Below the pieces are notes generated by a model, which saw only the letters and a program-made list of their open reading frames with translations, did no database searches and was not told the DNA's origin. A stretch of DNA of 20,000 bases from Catajapyx aquilonaris (lineage: Eukaryota), in NCBI GenBank assembly GCA_000934665.2, contig KZ538122.1:107804-127803 (forward strand), read 5' to 3'. The translations under genes and the position numbers were made by a program. Positions 1 to 9,923 of the stretch are shown here, one piece after another (positions within the stretch are counted from its first letter, which is position 1; every line of letters starts with the position of its first letter).

Positions 1-3000
1 GGGGGTATGACAGGGGTAATTCGGGACAAGCGGGGACAAGCTGAAAAGAGCGTTCCCTATACCTTGTGCAAACCGAAATGAGGCGTTTCTGACACCCGAA
101 ATTAAACTTGGAAGTCATTAGGACCGCCTTATTACTTTAAAAAATCTTTTTTCAATGTCATCTCGCTATTTCCTCAATTATGTTTTCAATAGTGTTTAGC
201 ACCCTCCCAAATCATCATTAACTTGGCAATCGCACACTCCCAACCCTTTTAAGGACATTATTTCACACCATAACTCCCCTACATATATGAAAGCACAGCA
301 CTGAAAACTGCTCCCTAGGGCACCCTCTTTATTCCAAAAGCATGGGCTTGTTTTGCAACGTTAAAATCCTTTCCGTATACCATAATTAGCGGGCATTGAC
401 CCAGTGTGTGAGAAGAGCGTTGGTTGCTTCAGAGGGTTAGACTCTCTCAAAATTTTGCAGAAATTTCATGAGGTTAATGAAAGGCGGGGATCTGCACCAG
501 ATTCTTGAGTGTGCAGGCTCCGATGGTTTTGATCAGCAAGGTTCTAGAAGCAGATGAAAGCGACAGGCATGATGAGGAGGGCTTTTCTGTATAACCAAAA
601 TCGCGACGCCTTTAATAAGAGCTGGGGTTCATTCAATAAGGGTGCAAAATTGGACTAGGTCCACTTTAGGGAGCTGTGCATGAAGGTGTATTCATAAACC
701 TGGCGAATGTATCCTGCATGGTAAGATTGGTCCTATTCACACTAGGGGGTTGGTTTGTATGAAGGAAATGTTTGAATTATTCATTGGGGTCACCATGTAG
801 CACATATGTGTAAGCAAATGCTAACAACATAACAAATTTGCATAAATGCATCGGATTTTTCGCTGATGGACTAACAGATAAGCGGATTGTTAAATTTTAA
901 AATTCTATAGTACAATGATGAAAGCCTATGAGTAAACCAGTAGGAAGTTGTGAACCAAACCCACGCAAACACCGTTATGTATTGTATGGGCTACACAGTT
1001 TACACATTTTTTCCATCATACTGTAAATCACCATTGCATATGATAGAAAATTAAACAAACTACATTATGAAACCTAACCCACATAAGTCGTCCCCCTTTT
1101 TTTATTAAGCACTGGTAGAGCAATTTTGAACGACCCTTTTTTTAAGTCCGAAATGAAACCCCGTTCCTCCCATCAGCAATGCGTGCCAAGACGGATCCTA
1201 CTTTATATACACTTTCCGGAAAAAACAATAAAAAAATCCTCTGAATAAGTAGAGTGTGCGGATTATCCTCCTGAGAGCAAGGGGTAATTTCGGTCAGATT
1301 CCAACTTATGGCGGGCAATCTCCTTGTCATTTAGGTTACTGATCCCAGAGCTTTTCCTTTCAGAAAATGACTTCTTCCTTCATTTTTTTTAAAAGCAAAT
1401 TCTGCAAATTTTTTGGGGAGTTGAAATCCCCCCGCAAATTCTTAATCCTACTTAAAGTTGTATCCGACACTTTCGCTTATTAGTGCTAATTACATCCTGG
1501 AAGTGATCAGGGATTAGGTGTAACAATATTTTGCAAATCCCTTGTTTATTTGCGAACCAAAGATGATACTTTACATCCTGGTAAAAGGTCACGTACGACT
1601 TATATGGGAATCGCCCACATATTATAAACTCCGGTTTTAAGGTCTGTGTGGGATTTGCTAACGGGCTACTATGTTGCGACTCTTCCTGGTCCTGAAATCG
1701 ATAGGAATCAAACCTTTTAATTAAGTCGAACAACGGAGACGGTAATTTTTACGTCCCCTAAGATGTCCAAAGGAAAGAAAGAAAAAAACTGAAAAAAATT
1801 AGCATTTGCCGCAAGAGGACGTGAATATTTCACAGCGAAAAGTTCGAGAGGGATTTGAATTCGCCAACTTTTGGTATCACCGTATACTTTCGCACTGATG
1901 AAGTTGTCCAAAGTTTTCCCATACATTAAAAATTCCATTCACCTCCCCAGTTTTTTGACCTTGTTTTGTCGACAATGTTGGAGACACTTCGAACAATTTA
2001 TTATTCACTAGCTCGCGCACTTTTTTTTTTTTTTTTGCTAATTTTGTATGAACAGTGTGTGTTAGTTACACACTAAACTATCTACCCATAAGGTGTGCAG
2101 TAAAACTCGAATGAACTTTGCAGCATGGCAGATTTTCCGCGAATTACCTACAACGCAATAGCCTATATAAGAGCGCGCAATTATTGGCAGCAGCTCTGAA
2201 AATTCTCCAAAATGAAGTTACTGCTTGGAACATGAAAATCCAAAAAAGGTTCCTGATTGGAGCACAAGAGGATGAAAATGGCTTGGGACACAATCCATCT
2301 CTTGGCTCACAGGATTGGAGATTTAATTGCACAGAAAATTCGCTTAAATCAATTCCAAAGAGGAACGACCAGCCACGCTCCGTTGACTCCCTACAAATAA
2401 AATCAAGTAAATTGCGCGCAAGTTTGCTTACCCCCGAAGACATTCGACCTCGGATTATGACCTTTTGGTGGTCCGGTGAAAGTACGTTTTTTCGAAGAGT
2501 TAATATGCACACGCATGACCTTCAACATCTTATTCACGATTCCAAGTATATACCGTGACGTCATTTCGAATATCTAGGGTACCTCTGCCTATGAATACAT
2601 TGTACTGTACCACGGAAGACGCTTTCTTACAGGATGATGCCATCACTTTCTTTTTCCCATGCTACATCTTCCGGCCATCCTCCGTGAAAGTGCCATCCGT
2701 CGAGACAATGACCGCACCCAGTGACTCACCTTCAATAGTGTTATCCTGAATCCATACTATCACAGGTGGTCACTCCGAAGAACAACACTACCCAGTACCC
2801 TCCTCCTGAGAGGGTTGACTCTGTCTGCCTTCCCCCGGAGCCGACCACCAGCCAGCTTCCTCGCCAACACGCGAGTCTTCCCAAGGACCGTGACATCACC
2901 AGCCACCGCCGGTCACGTGACCCTTTCCTCCATCCGCTGCATGCCGGCAGCAGTACGCAGCAGGTGACGAAGAAGTGCTTCGGAGGATGTTCGTGCGGTG

Positions 3001-3731
3001 GTTTGTTGACAGGTCCAAAGAGCTGCAATCCGGAAGGGAATACATAAGCTGGGAGGGTGTCTTCCGGACCGGATATCCCCCATATGGATGTGTGTTTTTT
3101 CCTTATGGAGAGTCTGGGGATGGGTCAGGGCTAAATTGGGTTCATTTATTTTTATGAATGTCCGATGTTTAAACATGGTCGTTTGCTGAATTTACGAGGG
3201 ATCGTAAATGTAGTGAATGACCAACAAGCGCACTTGTTGTGAGTGTGCTATCAGGAGGGGTCAACATGCTAGCCAATGTTTTTACTATCTGATATTTTAA
3301 CTACTCTGGACTTTGGATCCAAGCTGTTTTTATTCAGTCTCTGTGGTGATACATGCAGGCTTGTTACTAGACTTTTTTTTATAAAAAAAAACTAGTTTAT
3401 GACACTCCAGAGCAATTCGCGTGATTTTAGACTACTATTATCTCTCGCTATTATCAAGAGCGCTTGCTATTATTGGTTCATTTATTAGTCAGCCAATTCA
3501 TATCCTGAGAGTTAGGTCGTATCGCTGCACGTGTCAGGCCCTTATGGTTGCCAAGTAGCAAGGATAAGAAAGGATGAGATAAACACTGATCATTAGGCTT
3601 ATCTGTATTTAACACAAGCATTGTCTACATACTTCACAATGTCAGTTGGGAAAACCTTACTATTCTTGCTGGAAACCTTCATATTTGGGGTGTTTTGACT
3701 GCCACAAAATCCACATAACAAATCATATGCT

Positions 3732-3737
3732 TTTATT
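3732..3737 (-). terminator. Candidate polyadenylation signal (AATAAA) of RBKS
   Basis: TTTATT on the plus strand, about 100 nt past the RBKS stop codon. Confidence 0.45.
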
Positions 3738-3834
3738 ATTATCACTCATCATTGACTCACAGTAATTAAGGCACTGGGCTACATACTTAGCTAATATACA
3801 AGTGTATTGACTATTTCTCTGAGGAAGTTGAACA

Positions 3835-4773
3835 TTATTGGAACAGTTGCTTTGGAAAATCTTTTCTGTCTGGAAAGCTGCACTGTGTACCTTCTTTCTG
3901 CACACTTTTGGCAGCCACACTGCATGCCTTGCGAATAACCATGTCCATGCTGAACTCTGGATGATATGCCAGGAAGTATGCCATAGCACCCACGAATGCA
4001 TCTCCAGCACCAGTGGTGTCCACTGCATTCTCTACGAGCTCTCCTGGAATGTGCACAGCCTCTGATTGCTTCCCATTGGTGTAGACAGCTCCATTCTGTC
4101 CAAGTGTAAGAACCACTCTGGCACAACCGCGATCAAGGAGAACCTTTGATATTCTTTTGGCCCCAGCTGTATCTTCTACCGGGAAACCCCCAATAATTTC
4201 AGCCTCGGACTCATTCACGCACAGGATGTCAATGTTCTGAAATATTTGTGGGTCAAGATTTGCATGTCCTGGAGCAGCATTCAAAATAGTGGTCACTCCT
4301 GACTGCCTGGCTAATTTTAAGGCAGCCAAGGTTGGTGGAAATGGAATTTCAAGTTGGCACACCAAAACAGAAGCATTTTTGATCAAAGGTGCTGCTTGGC
4401 AAACATCATTACTATCAATTGACTCATTTGCACCCCGAACCACAACAATGCAGTTTTCACCGCTGTTTGCCACCATTATATTGGCTGATCCTGTTGGTGC
4501 ATCTTCTACTTGCATGATGCAGCTAGTGTTAACTGCAAGATTCTTGAAGTGGGTCAGATATGCCCTACCAAAAGCATCTGACCCCAGACGTGTGACCATG
4601 GCTGTGATGGCTCCCAGCTTGGCAGCAGCAACACACTGATTCCCACCTTTTCCACCAAAGCCAGTTAGGAACTTGGTACCAATCAGAGTCTCCCCAGGCT
4701 TGGGAAGGCGCGAAGAATAGCTCATCAGGTCAGTGAAGCAGGAGCCCACCACTACCACTTTGGGAGATGACAT
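3835..4773 (-). CDS. RBKS: Ribokinase (PfkB family), 312 aa, single coding exon
   Basis: The ORF has the N-terminal VVVVGS..DL motif, GGKGGNQ (PfkB signature 1), CQLEI, NAAP, NESE and DTTGAGDAF (PfkB signature 2, catalytic Asp). Its length is typical of a full ribokinase. Confidence 0.96.
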   Translation of the reverse strand: MSSPKVVVVGSCFTDLMSYSSRLPKPGETLIGTKFLTGFGGKGGNQCVAAAKLGAITAMVTRLGSDAFGRAYLTHFKNLAVNTSCIMQVEDAPTGSANIMVANSGENCIVVVRGANESIDSNDVCQAAPLIKNASVLVCQLEIPFPPTLAALKLARQSGVTTILNAAPGHANLDPQIFQNIDILCVNESEAEIIGGFPVEDTAGAKRISKVLLDRGCARVVLTLGQNGAVYTNGKQSEAVHIPGELVENAVDTTGAGDAFVGAMAYFLAYHPEFSMDMVIRKACSVAAKSVQKEGTQCSFPDRKDFPKQLFQ

Positions 4774-5728
4774 GTTGGATGCTCAAATTATAATCTGGAA
4801 ATAATCAGGATTATATAATCACTTTTCCTTGATTTTACTTTTTCTTTCACACATGCAAGTGGCTGATACAAATAAATAATGAATATCCTTTGTGCATCAA
4901 GGCAGGTGCAATCACCCAAAATAACCTGAGCTAACAGGTGGATTCACAAGTGCGATGTAAAAAATTCACAATACATAAACTGACAGCGGAGGCTTTCTCT
5001 ATTGACTTGATAGAACGACATCTCAGCAAGTGGTAAATCATTCAAATCTCACAACACACATTTTTGCATATTTCTAGCATGTAAACAATCCAGTATCGAA
5101 AGTAGCCACATGCTGCATTAGTTAATATTACCTGTTACTACTGTAGGTTAGAATGTAAGATGAAGAAGGATGTGCTGCACCAGGCCAAACGTCTATCCTC
5201 AACTGGCCTAACACAGTGCCGCACTACCTCCAGTTCATGGCGTGTAAAATTCCCACCCATGTAAAAATTGTTTTTTCGCTGTCTCATTTATAACCTTGGA
5301 CGTCAAATTAAAAAATTGTTCTGGGAATTTGGTACAGAGTTCCAGGTATCACGCCATGGAATATCCACCAGGGAATTCCACTGCACATTACCAGTATTTA
5401 CTTTGACACGAATTATGTAACATTGGTCTAGTGTCCTCAATAGCCTATTGCACCTGCTATTTCATTTTTACCATTATTAAAAAATTGAATGGGAGCGATA
5501 CACTAAGAGGCCACATGACAAGATTATGCTACCTTGGTTACATGTGCATGAAAGGCAGTAATCAGGGGGCACTCCATATGACAATACATCAGAACGCTTT
5601 ATCTGCACACGCACCTTGATGCTAATTAATATTAACCTTCTTATTATTGTCTTTAATCCACGCAATAACCGTAATCACCTGCCCAACGTGTAATTATGCG
5701 CCATGCAAGTCCGAGACGCGTGACTCAC

Positions 5729-5860
5729 CTGGAGATGCCCGACCTTGCCAGAGATCCCTCAATAGCTCAATCTCCTTCTCGAATAATTATCAGTCACCTC
5801 TTCTTGAGAGGAGCATGAGAGTTACGTATGTACATGACTGCTCAAGGACGCCGCCATGCT
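5729..5860 (-). other. Putative non-coding first exon of RBKS (5'UTR intron 5728-4795)
   Basis: Minus-strand donor CAG|GTGAGT at 5729/5728 and acceptor TATTTCCAG| at 4795/4794, 21 nt before the ATG. The exon 5' end is estimated. Confidence 0.55.
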
Positions 5861-6000
5861 GGATCGTACTGTGGCGGGAATAGCTCCAGATGGCAGCACC
5901 TGTTCGGCCCTTTCTGCCACCAGGGTACGCTACATTGAACGAGAGCGTGTCATGTAGGCCACCCTGATTGGTGGCGCAAGCGACGTCCAAAATGGCCGCA
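5845..6000. promoter_or_regulatory. Putative bidirectional promoter between RBKS and DHX33
   Basis: CpG-rich patch between divergent genes. It has outward-facing YY1-like ATGGC motifs (CAAAATGGCCGC 5988-5999 plus; AGCATGGCGGCG 5860-5849 minus), a reverse CCAAT (GATTGG 5966-5971) and CTCF-like CCAGATGGCAGCAC (5886-5899) and GCCACCAGGGTACGC (5916-5930). Confidence 0.55.
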
Positions 6001-6406
6001 GGTTTCACTCCAGACACGTGTGATCCGAGATTTGGAGGCGCAGCTGGAGCAGCGTGTACGTATATCGGGCTATTTACCAGCCTTGCTATGCAGAAAAGAC
6101 TGTGGCTGTTTTCAGAAATTGCTAATAGCAGTTGCAGTTGAGGAAGTGGGTGGTAGTGTTTGAGTAGCCTGTCTTGATTCATGTTACAGCATGCTGCTGT
6201 TACAAAAAATTAAGGAGAAGTCTCTGATTGTGTACTCTGGCTGGCGTCGGCATCACATATTTTACAGCTGTTGCCTAGATTAGGTTAAAGCTAATCCTGA
6301 AATGAATTTACTGCATGCCTTATTTGTAATTAATTTTCACTATGCAGACTTCACATTTCCTGTTGAGAGTGATCACATTATTTTGTGTTTAGGACCATAG
6401 AAGAAG

Positions 6407-6717
6407 ATGAAGCACAAGCCCAAAGTCAATGGAAATGGCTTTCGGCTGTCAAATCAGTCGAAGGTCATCAAGAAACAGAAGAAATGGAAGATGACGAAGA
6501 ATGGCAAAAAGTTGTATGGACCTGATCATCTGGGAGAGCTTTTTGCTGCAGATTTGCCTTACAAGTGGAATGGGAAGAAGCAGCAGGTGGCTCCAGCAGT
6601 AACTAATAGAAATCAAGCAAATGGTTTCAATAAGCAACTAGAAACAAAAAAGACTGTACAAAAAAAGGGCATTCAGCAGCAAAGAAAGGAGCTCCCTATT
6701 TTTTCTGGAAAGAAAAG
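6407..6717 (+). CDS. DHX33: DHX33 coding exon 1 (Lys-rich N-terminus ending QQQRKELPIF; start codon uncertain)
   Basis: Acceptor TTTAG| at 6392 and donor AAAG|GTTTGC at 6717 (phase 2), joining in frame to the next exon. QRKELPIF matches the conserved 'QRxxLPI' segment before motif I of DEAH helicases. Confidence 0.75.
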
Positions 6718-6941
6718 GTTTGCTTTCTGATGTATTGATTGCATAAGGGGTATCTCGTTTGATAGGCATTGCAAATCGTTTATAATGATACAATAGTAAC
6801 ATGCTCTGAGCAAAGATTACCATGTTTTCACACATAATGTGACATAGAAGTCATTTGACTGTGGCCTTTCACTGAGGGGAGGCAAAAAAAACTTTACACG
6901 TAATATTTGAGAGTAGGTAATGTTTTTAATTGTCTCCATAA

Positions 6942-7283
<342 letters not shown>

Positions 7284-7330
7284 TAATTTTGTGATGCCAA
7301 ATGTTGCTGTATGTTTCTCCATCATTTCAG

Positions 7331-8049
7331 ATCCCCTTCTAGAGGGTTACACTGTAGTGATCCTGGATGAGGCTCATGAACGCACTGTCCACACAGATAT
7401 CCTCTTTGGAGTCGTCCAGAAGGCACAGGAATCTCGTCGCACCTCCCTTTCACCCCTCAAGCTAATTGTTATGTCTGCCACAATGGACATGGATCACTTC
7501 AGTGCTTATTTCAACTCAGCTCCTGTCTTGTACCTGGAAGGGAGGCAGTACCCAGTGCACATATTCCAGGCACAGGCCCTTGAGGATGACTATGTGTTCA
7601 GCACAATTGTGACTGTGTTCCAGGTTCATCGTCAGACACCTGCTGATCATCACATCCTTGTATTTTTGACTGGACAGGAAGAGATAGAGATGGCTGCTAG
7701 GTATATCAGGCAGGTGGCAAAGGAACTGGAAGGATCTTCACACCCTCCACTGGTTGTCCTACCCTTGTATGCGTCATTGGCTCCTATTCAGCAGATGAAG
7801 GTGTTTCAAGATGCTCCACCTGGTCACCGAAAGATCATTTTGAGCACCAACATAGCAGAGACATCTGTAACCATTAAGGGGATCAAGGTGGTGATTGACA
7901 GTGGAATGGTGAAGGCAAGGACATATCATTCCAAGACTGGACTGGAGATTCTAAAGGTGCAGCACGTGTCACAGGCACAGGCTTGGCAACGCAGTGGGAG
8001 AGTTGGGAGAGAGTCTGCAGGGACTTGCTACAGAGTATACACAAAAGCG
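7331..8049 (+). CDS. DHX33: DHX33 coding exon 3 (DEAH box to motif VI)
   Basis: ILDEAHERTVHTDILFG, MSATMD, LYLEGRQ, FLTGQEEIE, STNIAETS and QAWQRSGR. These closely follow human DHX33 as I recall it (HTDVLFGVV, APVLYLEGRQ, QAWQR). Acceptor TTTCAG| at 7330, donor GCG|GTAAAA at 8049 (phase 0). Confidence 0.94.
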
Positions 8050-8148
8050 GTAAAAGATGTTACTTTTTATTTGGAAATCTACCTTACAATAAGGGTGACA
8101 GAAAATGAAATAAAAATAAAGCACTGTACAAATTAACCCTGTAACGCA

Positions 8149-8284
8149 CAGTGGTGGAAATTAATGGATATCCACAAGTATCTCCTCCTGGCGGAGCTTT
8201 TCTTTTAACATAAAGCCACACGAAGCAAAGAAAAAACCCTGCCAGGCAGCGATGCTTGTGGATATCCATTAATTTCCACCACTA
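8149..8284. mobile_element. 136-bp hairpin MITE, Tc1/mariner-like, in the last DHX33 intron
   Basis: Arms (C)AGTGGTGGAAATTAATGGATATCCACAAG and CTTGTGGATATCCATTAATTTCCACCACT(A) are reverse complements, extending imperfectly to about 60 bp. Flanks are CA on the left and TA on the right, consistent with a decayed TA target-site duplication (TSD). Confidence 0.8.
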
Positions 8285-8662
8285 TACCAATACAGCCTTG
8301 ATGTTTGCAACTGGTTATAAGCTAGGTGATCATTTAACTTGAATCTTTTAGTTCCTTCGTTGTCAAATTGCTTTATCTTGAATATGGCATTGTCATGTTA
8401 TACTGAGTGAGTGCAACAGATGTCATCTCAGATATGTAGGCTACTGGTAAAACACCTGTATGAATTTCTAATAATGCAAACTGGTACCCTTATTGAAAGG
8501 CATGGTTGACTGGTTGCATGCGTAGAGTCTACGCAAATTTTAATGAGGATGCCAAGATGAGTCAGGAGCATGCATGAGAATTCCATGACTACAGATCTGA
8601 GCTGGCGTTTGTTCACCAAATGTACAAATTCTGGAACCATTAGCTAGGCCTTATTTAGATAC

Positions 8663-8884
8663 CAGGGACTGAATTTTAAAATTTGTGTCCAATTTGCACT
8701 CCAAACTTTTATCTGGAGTGCAAATTACATACTTGGAGTATTTATTTATTTATTACTGGGTATTGCCATGTTTAAAAGCAGGATCAACTGGAGTGCAAAC
8801 TTTGCACTCCAAGGCTCAGTTTGGAGTGCAGATGACAATTTAGGAGTGCAAATTGCACCTTTGCATCCGAATATTTCGACCTCG
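8663..8884. mobile_element. Degenerate hAT-like MITE with repeated GGAGTGCA/TGCACTCC motifs
   Basis: At least 6 exact GGAGTGCA or TGCACTCC copies in both orientations within about 170 bp. The ends CAGGGACTGAAT and ATTTCGACCTCG are only loosely inverted, and no 8-bp TSD is visible. Confidence 0.5.
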
Positions 8885-8953
8885 GAGACTAGAGTAGGCT
8901 ACTGAGAGTATTTCTGGATTCTTAACTAATGGTAGGTTGTTTGTATTTTTCAG

Positions 8954-9853
8954 ACGTTTGATGGGATGCTTAAAGATACTGTGCCTGAAATTAAGAGGTG
9001 CAATTTGTCAAGTGTTGTGCTGCAGCTGTTATCTATTGGAATTAAAGATGTTACTGGATTCAAGTTCATGGATGCACCACCTGGGGATGCGATCCTGGCA
9101 GCACTGCGTGAGCTTCAGAATCTTGGTGCCGTTACTACAGATGGTCCTCTTCCTGAACTCACAAAAATAGGATTGAAAATGGCAAAGTTCCCACTTGAAC
9201 CACGCTTTTCAAAGGCAATTCTTGCTTCAAAAGAATTTGGTTGCAGTGATGAGATCATCACCATAATTGCTCTTCTCAGCAGCGACTCCACTTTATTGAC
9301 ACCTACTGACAAGCGTGAGAAGGCAGAACAAGTACGGAACAAATTTGCATCCTCAGAAGGGGACCATCTAACACTTCTGAACATTTGGAAAGCGTATAAT
9401 CATGTAAAGGAGCGAGATCGCGAGACATGGTGCTATGAGCACTTTGTTCACTCCAGGCGCATGAAACATGTGGTTGACGTGCGAGCGCAACTGGTGGAAA
9501 TTTGCCGTAGGGCAAAAATTAAACCTTCATCATGTGGGGAACGAACTGAGGAGCTTCGAAAATGCTTGTTGATTGGCCTACATGCAAATGTGGCTGAGCT
9601 GCAAAGAGATGGACGGTATTTCACTCTGTGTGGGAGGGAGTCTGTGGACATACATCCATCTTCAGTTCTTTTCCGGTCGAAGCCTTCATTTGTGATCTTC
9701 ACTGACCTTATTCACACTGGGAAAAATTACATCAAAGGCTTGTCTATTGTAGATCCAGACTGGTTCTCACAGCTCAATCTGTCAGTGAAGAGGAAGCACA
9801 AGAAGAGCAATCACACTGCCAAGAAGCAGCATGTAATCACATCTACAGTGTGA
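8954..9853 (+). CDS. DHX33: DHX33 coding exon 4 (HA2 and OB-fold regions). Spliced CDS is 2229 nt, 742 aa from ATG 6407
   Basis: Acceptor TTTTTCAG| at 8953. Contains PEIKRCNL, MAKFPLEP, SSEGDHLTLL and IHPSSVLF, and ends at TGA 9851-9853. Confidence 0.94.
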   Translation, partial: TFDGMLKDTVPEIKRCNLSSVVLQLLSIGIKDVTGFKFMDAPPGDAILAALRELQNLGAVTTDGPLPELTKIGLKMAKFPLEPRFSKAILASKEFGCSDEIITIIALLSSDSTLLTPTDKREKAEQVRNKFASSEGDHLTLLNIWKAYNHVKERDRETWCYEHFVHSRRMKHVVDVRAQLVEICRRAKIKPSSCGERTEELRKCLLIGLHANVAELQRDGRYFTLCGRESVDIHPSSVLFRSKPSFVIFTDLIHTGKNYIKGLSIVDPDWFSQLNLSVKRKHKKSNHTAKKQHVITSTV

Positions 9854-9917
9854 GACTATATGCTTGCGATATTTTATACTTAAACCATGAGAAATGTCCA
9901 CTTGAACCTACCTCGTA

Positions 9918-9923
9918 AATAAA
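9918..9923 (+). terminator. Candidate polyadenylation signal of DHX33 (second AATAAA at 10125-10130)
   Basis: AATAAA 65 nt after the stop codon, followed by a T/GT-rich tract. Confidence 0.5.

Noticed and set aside
1..60. GGGGTAATTCGGGACAAGCGGGGACAAG, resembling subterminal repeats of pogo-like MITEs
   Set aside because: It lies at the window edge and I found no matching inverted end.
1452..1480. TTAAAG start suggesting a Kolobok terminus
   Set aside because: No corresponding inverted terminus was found in the window.
2578..2637. Peptide GTSAYEYIVLYH, resembling the zDHHC TTxE region
   Set aside because: Bounded by stops, weak acceptor, and no DHHC domain nearby.
3365..3396. ACTAG-T-run/A-run-CTAGT palindrome
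   Set aside because: Mostly homopolymer, so low information content.
5214..5385. Loose inverted repeat (CATGGCGTG/CACGCCATG, AATTCCCA/TGGGAATT) in the RBKS 5'UTR intron
   Set aside because: Possibly an old MITE, but too degenerate to define ends or a TSD.
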